Assembly (NCBI GenBank): GCA_051362555.1
Contig: CM120641.1
Coordinates: forward strand, 32,432,401-32,496,400
From: Lingula anatina
Lineage: Eukaryota > Animalia > Brachiopoda
Length of the DNA stretch: 64,000 nucleotides
Reading direction: 5' to 3'
Below the pieces are notes generated by a model that was not told where the DNA came from, ran no database searches, and was given only the letters and a program-made list of their open reading frames with translations. This document shows, in pieces, positions 12,460-26,100 of this stretch (positions are counted from its first letter, which is position 1; every line of letters starts with the position of its first letter). Both the position numbers and the translations under genes were made by a program.

Positions 12460-12630
12460 GAGGACAAATAATAAACAACACTGCACCCCTGGGGGTAACT
12501 GACGGCATGCTGTAGCTCCTTCTGAAATGTCCATTTTGCATTCATCTGTCCATTTTATTATGATTATTTTACTTACCATTTTTTTAGTGGTTAAAGGATT
12601 AAACTTGTATTGATTCATAAATTTTGGTTA

Positions 12631-12636
12631 AATAAA
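12631..12636 (+). terminator. Probable polyadenylation signal of MYCBPAP (AATAAA)
   Basis: AATAAA followed about 25 nt later by a GT/T-rich tract (ctgtgatttgtttttatttt). Other AATAAA copies nearby (e.g. 12139) are alternatives. Confidence 0.45.
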
Positions 12637-13121
12637 TTCTATGTGTAAATTGCAATCTGTGATTTGTTTTTATTTTGTAAAAGTTTATTTTAAATCAGCA
12701 CTATATTTTGAAAAAAAGTAATATTATTTAATAAATTCATTATCACAAAATTTATACAAAAGTATTTAATAAAGTCATAGGCAGCAATAGCAGTTGACCA
12801 AATGTTAAACGTGTCTGTTATGCTTGTTAATAACTTGGTGTCTTGAAATCTTTGTGGCTTACATTTGATTTAAATCAATAAATCACCAATTATTACCTGT
12901 GGAAATTATCAATAAATTGTCAGAAAAAATAAGAAAAATACGAATAATTACACACACACCTGTAGATCCACAGTGGCATAAGTACTTGTAAATTAAGTAT
13001 AGTAAATTTTTTTAATGTAACTCATTTGTCATTTCAATTTATCTCAATCAGTACTGAGAGCCAAAAGTACTGCCATTTTAAACCATATATGTAGATATAG
13101 TCACCTAGCAACTGACATCCA

Positions 13122-13123
<2 letters not shown>

Positions 13124-13216
<93 letters not shown>
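13124..13216. repeat. Compound (TC)n(TA)n microsatellite
   Basis: Direct reading: a TC run to about 13162, then a TA run to 13216. Confidence 0.95.
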
Positions 13217-13218
<2 letters not shown>

Positions 13219-14859
13219 TGACTCTTCTTCAACAAATAGGGACCAAAGAGACAATATAGCAAAAATGCTTACCTTTTTTCTTCTTAAAAATCTTTTAGCC
13301 TGATCCTTTATACATAAAAAGGTGCTTCAACCTTTACTTTTTTGAAGCAAAGGCAATTCTTTCAAATATTTCACCTAAAACTAGTTTTTAAATGGTTAAT
13401 TCAGCTACTGCCATATGCACACTGTAATTTCTACATGTAAATTCAAAGGACCTTTTGTTATTGACATTCAACTTTTTTTAGACATATAAATTAAAACAGG
13501 TAATCGTGTGCATTCATACCTGTATGTAAATTACTACAGCTACATCAGAGACAAACAGATACTGTTTTTCTCTCTCTCTCTCTCTCTCTCTCTTTTTAAT
13601 AACCAGTAGATGGGTGTTATGGATGACGTGACTCAAAGCGTGCGTGTGCGTTACTTGCAAAGAAGATTATGGACATTTCAGTGAAGTGAAAGTGAACATA
13701 TCACCTCAATACAGATTAGCCGTCCTTCGGTTTTCTCTTGATTAGTTCAGACATATATCTTCAGAAGGTGTGTAACGATATTGTGTACGTGTATCTAATG
13801 GTAATTTAAATACACAGTTTCTGCAGAGGTAATTTGCACCCAATTTGAACATCTGTAATGAATCCTTTTTTCTGCTATTGCGTAGCCTTTCCTCATATGG
13901 GACACCTGCATGGAATTGCATCATCAGAAACGTAGTCGCTGATTTTTTCTGATGTAACTAAATGGATTAATTAAAGAAACTACTTTAAAATTGGCAGAAC
14001 ATGAAGATAGCGTGTTCATCTGCAAACTCATCACCATTGTACGTTTGTATGCAACTAGTTTGCATACAGGTGATGCCTGTCGCTTGTAAACAGTATCGCG
14101 TCGGCAATCTTGTAAATACTACCTGTGGCAGCTACTTGTGGCAGGAATAGATTGCACTACTTTCGACCTCATTAAATCATGTACACAGCGACAGACAGTT
14201 TTAAGTATTAGTTACGGGAAACAATGCAGCACAGTCATTAAGCTCGGAGATAAATTGAGAAAGGTGACATATTCGTGAACTTCAGATTGACAACGAACGC
14301 GGCAGACAGACTCTGTTATAGGCGACAGAATGAATCCCGATCCTGACGGAAAGATTCAACCTGGTCTTCTAAGTGGCCAAAAATCCGCAGTTTATTATAC
14401 TGATCTTAAATAAAATTTAGAAATAAATAAAGATATTAATAAATAAAGGAATTAAAGAAAAAAAATAACAAAAGAAATAAAAAATGGAGAATAGCTGCAT
14501 ATCCGTCGCTGCCATTGTTTGATTTTTTAATCCAAATTCAGAAGAAAAAAGTGAAATGGCAACTAAGAGATTAGATTTTCTTTAAAGATAAATTAGGTTT
14601 TGAAAATTGTGTCTTAAAATTTCTGAGGTTTAAGCCAATTACATTTATCTGTATTCATTTTTTCTAATATACTAAGTGGAGCTAAGCATGTATAATCTAA
14701 CGATTAAACAATTCGTTTAACTGCTGTCACCCAATTGTAAAAGGCGTATTAGAAGCAAACTTTTAAAAAATACTTCTGATATTTCACTTCAAATCAAATT
14801 TGTTTCACTTCCATACTTCACTAAATTCATATGTAGCCACTATATGTACCTTTTGAAAT

Positions 14860-15560
14860 GAACGAGACACTCTGGCGCCGTGGCACGTGGAGCACCCACC
14901 TTCTGGGCTTGTTCTTTGATTTGATTGGTCGAGAATATGCCTTCTGTCAATCATGCTTGCCTCACAGCGCCCTCGTGTAGTAGAAACATAAAAACATTAA
15001 ACCGGTGTACTCAATGTACACAATGGCTACGTGAGCTCTAGATATAGTCCCTTAATGTCAACCAAACGTTGATTAGGGTGCTACTTCGGCACAAAAACTA
15101 CCTTTGACATCTAATTCATATGAGGGAAAGCACCAAAGACCAAAGAGGACGTTGACAGCGTCTATGGGAAATATTTCACTTGTTATTTGTAGTAAGTGCT
15201 TCTTATCTTCATCCGCGTGGGCACTCCACAAAGAAAAAAGATGTCTGCCTTGTAACAGGCGTGCGGAGAGAAGTTTTGGCAAAGAGAGAAGTTGTATCGC
15301 ATCGGAAAAGTTGGTAAAAGTATTTCGAGCATTTACAGCTTGCCGGAATGCACTCAACTGGCCGTCCCTAAACGGGATTGGAGCCAAAAGACAGCAGAAA
15401 ACAGAAGGTGAGCAAGATGACCCCATAATCACCTTTTTTTGCATCGTCGCCATTTTGTCTGCTCCGTACCCCTTTATTCAGTACCGGGGAAATCCTCGTC
15501 ACCCATCAGGGGATTTTTGGGACCCTACCCGTTATCGCCGTCGCCTGGTTAACTGGTATC
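14860..15560 (+). promoter_or_regulatory. Putative main promoter region of the E-protein gene
   Basis: Local CpG retention in an otherwise CpG-poor window. It contains CACGTG (14884-14889), a reverse CCAAT (ATTGG, about 14924), CTCF-like CAGCGCCCTCGTGTAG (14965-14980), YY1-like CGCCATTTTG (15448-15457) and a strong donor AAG/gtgagc at 15407/15408. Confidence 0.6.
15240..15407 (+). other. TCF12: Putative non-coding first exon (5' UTR) of the E-protein gene; 5' end approximate
   Basis: Ends at the strong donor CAGAAG/gtgagc inside the CpG-rich region. The first coding exon (20062) starts with an acceptor and has an in-frame stop before its ATG, so an upstream UTR exon is required. Confidence 0.55.
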
Positions 15561-18500
15561 ATTAGAATGTATGTAGAAATGTGCTTCATCATGTTCTTAA
15601 ATCGGCGCTTACTAAGAATTAACTATTTGATTAGTGGCAATAAGTTTTTTGGGACCTGGGCATACCTGTTAAAGTTTTTGTCATTTGGGTCACACATCAT
15701 AATGGCCTAATTTAACGGCGACTGACTGCTACCCAGCCGGAATTCTTCCACTATTTACTGTTTCATGCATAACGACAAGAAATGCGTGTTACTGTCGTCT
15801 ACAGGCGATACCATAAACGTTATCTCCTAGTTCTGTCAGAGCAGCGCTAGCTAGTTTAATATATTATATACGTATAAATTAAGGCTGTTTTGTTCTTGGC
15901 TCTGAATTGAGGTTTGATGGCTATTTTCTCTCAGATGCCCGTTTAACTGTGGAGGAATTTACATTACAACCACCTGCGATTCACCATTACATTCTTTTTT
16001 ACATGAATACTATCAGCAATTTTCTTAGACATTTATTACACATCCACTAAAAGAAATGTTTGTTAATTTAGAAGAATTTTTTTGTATCAGTGGGAAGGCA
16101 GTTTTGTTTTTATGAGTGTAGTCTGATATATTATATGCTTTGAGTGTGATGTAGAATACTTTGATGAAATAGGTTTTTTCATTGACTCTTGTGTGATGAT
16201 GGTAAAAAAAGGTTAAAATTGTTTAAAGAGACAAAACACTTAAAATGAAGGATTGCTATGCCTCCTAGATAAAATCAGGTTTAGTCTCTTAAGAAAAGAT
16301 TTCGATTTTTTATCCAACTTTTTAAAGGTTTAGTTTTTAAAAATTTATGAATAAGTCATACCAATATAGTTCAATCAGACTAGAAGAAATTCAAAATCGA
16401 TAAAGAAAACATTTTGAAATTATAGTCAGTGAACGAAAGATGGAAGTTGACTGTGGACAGCAAGGGGAAATAAGGAAAAGGACATTTTCAGAGACAGTTA
16501 AATTGGATTATTTTGTGCAACATATTTGCCCCTTAATAGCCTTTAAGTAATTTAGAAAATATTCTTGTACCGTCTTGTTAGTATGCAAATGAATAGAAAT
16601 GAATGGTGAAAATATTTACTTAAAGTATAAAGCTAGATGTACAGATGCAAAGGCATCAGAAATGCAGAACAATTGTGATTCATCATTTAGGGGAATCTCC
16701 CCTGTGGCTAACTATGCAGGTACCATCAGAATGCTTACCCAGCAACCAAAGTTAAGATTATGTAATATGAATGTATGACTAGCCCAATACATTAAAGGCT
16801 TGGTTTTTAGGACATGTTACATGGCACCTTTTCATTTAAGAATTTGGGGGTGTGGGGATATTACTCTATCAGGTATAGTGCCAAATGGGTGAACTGGTTT
16901 TCAATAAACTTCAGTTATATAAGATGAACTAGTTTTCCCCAACATAAATATTTGCCTTATGACTTTATACTTGATACTTAGTTAACACATCCAGCTTCTG
17001 TACTATTTCTTTAGGAATTTGCATTTATAACAGAAATTTAGTTTTTTAAAACATAAAAGTCATAAGCAAGTGCTTTTTAGATATCAAAAATTTACTGGAA
17101 ATGAAAACTTGATTGACTCTTTTTGGAATGTTTCTAATAAATAGGTTTTAGATTTAATTTATTTTAACATCGAAAAACTGAGATTTTAAAAAATTATTTG
17201 TAACATTGAACGTCTATAACTTGATTTTTCTTTAATCTAAATTCTATGCAGATGGAACTTAGTAAAAAGAAAAATCACTTATTTATTCCTTCTCAAAGAT
17301 GACATGATTTGAAACAATTTCCCTAATAGAGAACTGATAACAGCTGTAAAAACAGTCCATGGCTGTTGACAGGATGGATGAGCTGCTGAATTTATATTAT
17401 AATATCTCACAACTCAGTGACCAATGTCAAACAGAGATCACATATTGCTACTTATATATTTTAAATAAATAGCTATACAGAATACGCATAAAAAAGGAAA
17501 GGGTGTGCAGAATGAAAAAAAAGTTGAAAATGAATAGATGAATACAATTTGAGATTCAGTGTAGGTGTAGAAGTTAGAACATTTAGAAAACAATGTAGGT
17601 CTAGAAGTTAGAACATCTGTTTAATTTTAGTTTTAATGTGGCTAGATTTATTATTGATTAATTATTAATTTGCTTAATCCTGAAAAAGCATTGTTATCAG
17701 ACTTTGGGAAGAACCTCCTTAATGATCTTTAAATATGTATTGAAAGTGAATCACTGTGATGGACGAGTATTGCCAACCTGCAAGTTAGTTAACTTTTTAG
17801 AAAGTGTGGGTCAGTGCTTGCCAGTGTCATGTTTTTGGCTTTGATTTTAATGTTTGGAAAGTGACAAGCATGAAGGCATAATTGTTGGCATGCATCGTAA
17901 AGGCACACCCTTTAGGCTTTTTATTATCAGGTTAACTGATTCTGAGGAAGAGCTGGCAACTCACATGTCAATGTATCATTAAGGAGGGAGAATAGGTCTT
18001 CTTCAGACATAGTGGTGTGATTTGGTCAAATTATAGTAGACTGGACTTGGTCATCTGTCTGGGAGGAAGTGTTAGATAAATTAGTGGAAAAGATTTGGGT
18101 TTAAATATAGAAACAATCGATCTGAGGGCTGAAATGGTTCATGGAAAGATTTTTTTTCCATTTTTTTAGTCAGTAGTGCTAAAGATTTTAATTGCTTGGT
18201 TCTAATACGGCTTAACATATATATATGTTTTTATAGACAACTACAATTAAAAAAAATGTGAAGAAAGAAAATTTTGTTTTTAAATGGATAATTTTTTATA
18301 AGCATGATTGTTAGGAATGATCCCCTCTTTTAGTTTGCTGTACAGTGGTTAAAGTATACATATTTTATTTGAAGAGTTTCCTTCTTTGATTGTTATCAAA
18401 ACATAAAATTAGTATAAGTTCACTTGGTGCAAGATCCTCGGAAGTGGACTAGAGCAACTTTGCATGCAAATGCTCGTAGATGAATGTGTGTTGGTTTCAC

Positions 18501-18940
18501 AACATAGTTGGCACCCACAAAGTGAACTATAAAATGGTACATGGAAAAGTCTCTATTCAAGTTAGGGTCAACTCTTCCTGTTTATATTGTACTGTCTGCA
18601 ATAGGGGTCTTCCCCCACATAGAAATTGTTTTCTTCATCCTGAAAATCAAAGGGCACTCAAAGCTGACTACATTGGAAAGGGACCTTTTGTCCGTAGGCA
18701 TGGACCATTAACAGCGCACTACACACGTTTATGGTGCATGAATCATTCTCATCACCAGGGTAAGAAAGAGAGCTGAGTAGAAATGCATTCTTCACAGCAA
18801 AGTCAAGGTATTATGATCTGTAGCTGAAGGTTTTTGCCCCAACCCATTTTTTTGATTGAAAAACAAGATAAGAAGTTGATGACCCTTTGCTTTGGTTTGT
18901 GATTATCATAAGTTGATATGATCGCTTTCTTTTGTTTTAG

Positions 18941-19004
18941 GATATTCCAAATTTTTGTGGGGATACAGCGGACAAGGCAGGGTTGACAACAACAAGAGTT
19001 GTGG
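18941..19004 (+). other. TCF12: Candidate internal 5' UTR exon of the E-protein gene
   Basis: Strong acceptor (ctttcttttgttttag) and donor (TGG/gtaaga); 64 nt; no ATG. Confidence 0.45.
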
Positions 19005-20094
19005 GTAAGATTGATTAAAATGAAGATCTGTAAATTGTTGTCCTTTAACCTGTGCACTCTTTGCTTATTAATTTTATTGATATTTTTATTTTCATTAATT
19101 TTTTTTTTTTTTTTTTTTTTTTGTGGATTTCGGTTATCTCAGGGGGTGATGATAGGTTTTTGGGCAATTATCCTTCAGGAAAGTGCCCTCCCAAACTTTT
19201 GCCCCAATTTGATTTTACTTGTGTGAAAAAATTTACTCACATTCACTTGGCTCTCCTTTCCCTCAGAAAAAATGTTTGCAAAGATTTTAACGCTACAGAA
19301 TTTTATTGTTATCCTTCTTTTTTTAATGTTAGTCAGCAGCAAAAAAATGCCAGACAACTGTATTCAGAAAAGCCATTTGCCTATTTGGGCAACAATGTCA
19401 GCATTTTTACTTCTTGGATGAGGTCATTTACATGTCTCGAATGACCGAAGAAGCCTCATAGTCAACAGTCTCTGTAACCTGTCATAAAGTTATGCATTTA
19501 AGCTTAAAATTCACTCATGATGTTTTATGATGATAATGCAAGTAATTTATGGTTTATAAATTAACTGAAAGTACATACTTTTGTTATAAGTATTTATATT
19601 GATTTCAGATTGCATGAAATATGTGTACATTTTGCATAAAATTAATTCTGACTTTTTAGTTTTTTCAAACTGTTTTAAGTAAAAAATCAGAGAGACAGAT
19701 TTTAGAATTTGCCAACTTAAGATTTCACTTTATTTTGTGTGCATTCCTGTTTGTTGTGCTATATTTTTTTTATTTAAAGTGATGTCAGTGATACTTTTGT
19801 AGGAAGAAATATAAGCATACTTTGCCACACTGATCAAAGCTTAGCACACACTTAAGTAGAACAATCAAATTGGCTTTGTTAAAAAAGAGAAATTGGTTTA
19901 AAATGACTAGTCAAGAAGTAAGGAGGAATCACATACATTATGAAAAAAGTGCCTTGTTTGATAAAACTGCCATCAGTTGTCTTCTATTTTGGTCCACAAG
20001 GGTACCCAGTCACTGTGCGTAATTCTCTCCTAAGTCACTTTGCATTCTTTTTGTGCTTCAGGTCGTGTGTGCAAGTGTGGAGTGGTAGCACAGA

Positions 20095-20139
20095 ATGCAG
20101 TCAGACAAAGAACTCAGTGATCTACTGGATTTTAGCGCA
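20095..20139 (+). CDS. TCF12: E-protein first coding exon (MQSDKELSDLLDFSA); exon begins at 20062
   Basis: gtgcttcag acceptor, in-frame TAG upstream of the ATG, GCA/gtatgt donor; PCET motif. Confidence 0.92.
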
Positions 20140-23100
20140 GTATGTACACATATATTCTCTGTTTGTGCAGTTCTATGTAAATATTGACTACAGTGTGCCA
20201 GAGACCTGGGGCAAGGTTTCCAGCACACATACAACCCCTTTATGAACAATTTTGCCCAAAGCAAATTGTTGTTTTGCACTGCTTGATTTAATGGACACCA
20301 GAAACGGAATAGTTTTTGTGCTTTGTATTTCTACTTGACAGACATGAACCTTCCGTTTTTCCCCATATTTTCACTATGTTATACTAAAAACAACACATCA
20401 AACAACCCTTGTTTTTTTAGCCAAACCATGAAAGAAAAGTTTTCTAGTTGTACAGAAATCCATCGCGTTATTTTTGGATATTTTCATGCTTTTAAAAGGA
20501 GAAAATGACATGAATTGAATCAGTGGGAGAGATTCTTCAAGATCTGGGAGGTGTCTGTTCACTCCAGGGGCTGTGACCCTGTCTTCTCACAATAACCAAT
20601 TAACTGGGACTGCAGCAGCTACATTGTCACAAGGCATGGTGCCCCTTCATCCATCTTTTGTAATGTTACACTTCTGCAGTCAACAATTAAGTTCCTCTTA
20701 AATAGGAAAGCTGCTTTAATTTTATGTAGGGTCACAGTTTATTGAATTTATAAGAAAGCCATCCCCCCCGAAAGGGTTCAGGTTGGTTTCAAACAGGAAG
20801 ATTAGTATATTCCAAAAGGGAACTTTTCCTGACCCAAAGCCAGTTCTGTCTTCTTTTCTTCAGCTTAAAGTGATAACACTGGAATATTATATTGCTAACC
20901 CTATGATAGCAGATACCAGGTAACCCATTCCTCACAAGTGGATTTTAACCAACCAAATGGCATTCATTATGTATGAAGAATTCCATTACTTTTTTACCTC
21001 CCGCATGAAAGATAGATAGGTTAGGGTTTGATATAGAAATTAAAGGAATTTGCTTGGGATGTTGGCAATAAGCACATACATGTAGGCAGTGACTAGTTAC
21101 TTATACTGCTGTAACATAGGTTACCTTGACAAGCTCTCACTATGTAAGACTACATCCTTCAGATATTGCATAGATTGTGGTCATTCATGCTCATACAGCC
21201 AGAATCCAATACATCATTATTAAAGCATTGAAAGAAAATCCACCACAATATCTGATAAATATCTCATGGTAGGTACACACTAAGCAAGTCCGTAACAAAA
21301 CAGTAGGGCAGCAAAAGGATATCAGTGCCAGCTAAATATGTAAACTGAGTAGACCTGAATAACACTGTCTTGTGTGTGGGGACAAACTTATGCAACCATC
21401 GTGAAGATTAGAGCTGCTCAATAATGGACACTTTTGTATTCTTCATCATTAGCAAGCTATGGGGACTGAGACCTTGAGGTGCACAGCTGTTCATATGTTG
21501 TGGAGTCCCCTTTCTGCTTGTTCAATGATTTCCTCAAATACAGTACTCTGATTACAGTTGACCGAGGTAAGAAACAAAGAGGAAGTACACTGCACACACA
21601 GTGGAGTCAATTATTGAAAATTATCTTTGGCGCACAACGGTAATTAGTGTTTGACTATTTTGAGGTACAAAGGAAAAAAAATAAAATGAAATGAAAGTAA
21701 CAACAGTAAAAAGTTCCTTGAATATTGAAGTATGTGATAGTTATATCTGCCAGTTACAGCTTGAGGAGAAAATGGCATTCTGATAATCTCATAAAATGTT
21801 TTCTCTCAATTCATCAACAGTTTCTGCTAATTTACTTCAAAAACATGTTAGATGGGTGGCTGTCATCTTTCAAAAATGTTCCACTGGGCTTTGTTGCCAT
21901 TTATTGATGCCCAACTGAGAAGTTTAAAGCGGCTGTGTGTCGCCTAATGACTCCAATCATTTCTGGGACTCGGAGGAATAATTTACCTCTTTGTCATTCA
22001 AGGTGCAAATATTTATCAGGCTAATGAATGAAAAGTGAATCCATAATTATGCTTTGTATTGATGAATATTGCATATCAGATGGGGATAACAGTTTAACTG
22101 CAGGAAAAGGGAAACACTTCAGGAAATCTGCCATTTTGAAATTGTTTCTGGTGGAAGTGAAATTGACACAGCTCATGTAAAGTGGGGGTTATTACCAGTG
22201 TATGAAGATGAAGTTTCTGGATAGATTTTATAGCCCTTTATATTGGGAATGTTACTACTAATTGTTATGTACAAGTATTGAAACAGACTTGGGTCAATAT
22301 TTGGGTAAGTTGATAGAGGAGTACTACAAAGTTCAATAAAGGAAGAAAGATACATTGCCGTTTTACCTGCCTAGTCTGGTTCAATATAACTCAGTTAAAG
22401 TTTTGTAGTTGTTATCCCCCCCCCCCCCCTCAGTTGAGTGGTAATTATGGCAAGATGTTAGGGTGTGACCAAGTGAAGTGGTCATAGCATCTATTAAATA
22501 TGCTTGCCCTTTATTGCTTGTCATGCTAGAAAGAGCTTGACATGGTCCATTGATTGCTGGCTGTTGACATTGTCCTGTTGTTTGTCCAGGGTGACAAAAT
22601 CAAAGAAACTAATCAATGCAATTGATAAACTTGTGGCTAAATGAACTTTCAAACTATAGTTGACTTCATTGACTGCACTGGTTCAATTTAACAGCTTCAT
22701 TTGGAATTGGATTCCCTTTATTGTGCACTGGGTGTAAAGAAGTAATGCTTGAAAAGAATAGGATTGAGTCATATCCCTGGTGTAATTAAGCCAGCACACA
22801 CTTTGTGTCGTCAAGTAGTGTAGAATTGTAAGTTTACTGCTTATTTTGATGATGTGATACTGTTGTTGAGGTATGTCGTAATTTTAAATATTTCTTAAAT
22901 TCTACATGCAGGTAAAACTGAAAAAAAAATTTATCTCTAACTTTTGAAAATTACAGATGTTTTCTCCACCAGTTGGGCCAAATGCAATGAAGACCCCAGG
23001 CCAGGGGGGAATGGAAAGTGGCAATATTTACCCACCAGGTTATAAAGGTTAGTTTTTCATTGTTTTTATTTCTTCAGGACAAATGATGATAAGGTCTATC

Positions 23101-26100
23101 CCTTCTCTAACACCATTACACATAACCATTGTTATTTGCTTGTTTTTTTTTTGATAGTTTTGAACACCACCCATACTGCTTTCTCAAAATCGAGTCTTGT
23201 AATTCTTAATCATGGTGTCATCCCAGTGGGTTTGAAAAAGTAAAGATTTACACACGGGGTTCATAGAGTATACCAAGTCTTCTGGTCCTGTTTTTGGTTA
23301 TATGAATTTTGGAACAATTTATGTTGTCCTTTACACTGCATTAGATTATACCACAAATTTATTGTCTTCCAAAGGTTTTTTTTTTTTTTTTTGTTCAAAG
23401 CTTTATCAAATATTTGTCCTCATCGTGTTATGAGTTCTAACCAAACGCATAGTTCTTATGAGTGAACTTGCTATTTTGGTTGTCTAGATTTGTTACAGTA
23501 GTTATTAAATTAAAGATGATATTCATTTTGTTCCAGATGCTTGAAGCTTTATAGTTTGAATAGAATGTATAGCACACAAGGTTGCTTTTGAACTTTAAAA
23601 CAGAAGAACATTTTTCACTGTTCAAGAATAATAAATATGTAGTTATTGAAAATATTACCCATAAAAAACTAAGCTAGGAAATTGTTTCTGTGTTTACATT
23701 ATGTCTTTGATGGAGTTCTGTGCAAAAAATTCATTACTTCAAAAGAGCCATAATACACAATAATGCCAATTTGTCAGTCATTAAGAACATGAATGGCATT
23801 TTTTCTCTTATAGTTTTATCTGAAACAAGCTAAATCTGCCATTTAGGAAAGCTTTTCACACATTAACATTTACACATTAACTAGGATGGAAGTTTCAGAT
23901 GCTTTGTTAGAGGGGTGTTGATGAGCCCATCATGTCTTGCAGAACTGTAATAAGGATAAATGAGAAAGGGAAATTGAAGTGCATTAGATTCTATTTGCCA
24001 CTGTTATTTCAAACTACTTCAATTGATTTTTCTTGATGTGTCTCAAAAGTGTGGCTTGATATTTAATTTAACTAACAGTAGACAATTTTTGTCAGCCACT
24101 TTGTAAATTGTGGTGCACTGTTTACTTTGCTGAAAATGTTACACCTGACAAATGTTTGATTGACCGCTTTTAGGTTATAACTTAACCCTTATAATTTTCA
24201 TGGGAAATATTATTAAATGACTCTTTTATCGACAAGTATCTTGGGATTCTGGGTAGCAGAGAAAAGAAATATTTCAAAGGAGATCTGGTCACAGTGAGCA
24301 CAGAATTAAAATGTGTTGATTAATTTCAATATAGGGGTTGTTGGCCGATACTGAGATATGATAACATGAAATAGGTGGATATATGTGACAGAATTAATTG
24401 GGTGGTTAGCATGGTGCATTGAATGAAGCAGTAGCACTAATCCCTGTATTTGCTACTGACGTTGATAAACTCTGGCTTGATAACGCCTCAATGGATATTC
24501 ATACTCACGTCAGGAATGTTCTGAATGGGGCAGATAGAGAACAGCTTTAGGCAAGACTTTGTTCTCTGTCTTGCTCTCTCTTTCTCTCTCCTCCCCCCCT
24601 CCCTCTCCCTCACCCAGGTTGTATATATTGGTCACAATAGTAGTTATTCACCATAATCTATTTTGGGATGTTTTTAAAACTCTGGTGATGTGAAATTTCT
24701 AGAATGCGATTCTCGCTGACCTTTTACTGAGCTGGTCTTCTTTCCGTTCACCACCTATTATATTCTTTAGACTGCCAATTTTCTCTATGTTGTACTTTCT
24801 AGAGGATAATTTTGTCCTGCTTTAAAGCTTTGTTATAAACAGTCCATGACACAGCAAAAGCCTTAGGATTAAGATTTATTGTGGAAGAGAAAACCCTAGA
24901 GCCTAGGATTATTTTCTTGATTAATAATTCTGATAATCTTTCACTGGCAAAGTTTCTTGGAGTTAGGGAAGTGATTGCTAGTTTTCAGGGGCAGTGTCTA
25001 GCTAGATTAGTTAAAGATTTACATTATCTCCTGGGCAACTGAACCAGGTTAGTATGGGCATATGTTAGAGTTCCCATACCCAGGCAACTATCTTGTTGTT
25101 GGCTGAGATCTTAGATCAACAATCTTAATTGTAATCAATAAAGCTGGTTCATTCAAGAAATAGCAAAGAATTGAAAGGGTTTTAAAATCTAGGAATATAC
25201 AGCATGGCATTTTTCTGGGCTACCCAAGCAGATCAGTTGTCTTTGAAGGTTGAAATAGTAGACTCTACATCAACAAATCAATACCTGTTCATGTTTGCAT
25301 GTAAACGTGTCAAATTTACAAGTGTCACCAGAAAGCAGTGTGATTGTAGTTTACTGAAAGTTGTCTGATAAACTTAATGATATGATTGGAAGTTGTCAGT
25401 CCAGCATTGTCAACATGAACAGCTCTCCAGTCCCTCTTTATTAGGCTCCAATTTATGGTATGTCATTAAAAATAAATTCTCATTTTGATTAATGTACTTC
25501 CATAATCCATCAACCTTCAATTACAGCATTATTTTATTTAGGCTGTTAGGTAATTGAAAACTTGTGTATGTTGTAGGTTAAAAAGATAGGAGTTATTATC
25601 ATGTCTGTCACTGGTAATCCAATTAGGATAGCGCTAATTATATTTCATTTCCAGTGGTATTTGAAGTTTATTTTTAGGCAAGAAAAGGGCACTCGCACAT
25701 AAAATTGCACCTAGATAAATGGACTGAGATCAATATGATTAAGGAAGAAAATGAAAGCCCAGGGAGAGATGACTCCCCGAGGAGAGAGAAGAGGTACAGG
25801 AACTTACAGAACTCCTTGAGACCTCAGAAGATTAGTTCTGCTGTTTTTTGTGTCCTGAACATAGCTGATTGCTCTGTGTCTGTTGCCCTAGAGATTTGTG
25901 GAAACACAATGAAAATGAAAAAAAAGAATGGTTTCTTTGAAGCAAGATCTTATTTCATCTGAGCTGTAAATTTCTGGCAATGGTTTAACATTTAACAGCG
26001 TTATTAAATGTTGAGGTTTTTAATGAACGTGATAAATTGATTTTAAGGCCATTTATTGAAATTACTAACAAATTATAATTTATCCAGTTGCACTTTTGGA

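Noticed and set aside
15073-15565. Overlapping 126-aa (-) and 153-aa (+) ORFs at the promoter
   Set aside because: No recognisable protein. Long ORFs are expected in GC-richer promoter DNA, and the minus-strand ATG coincides with a YY1-like motif.
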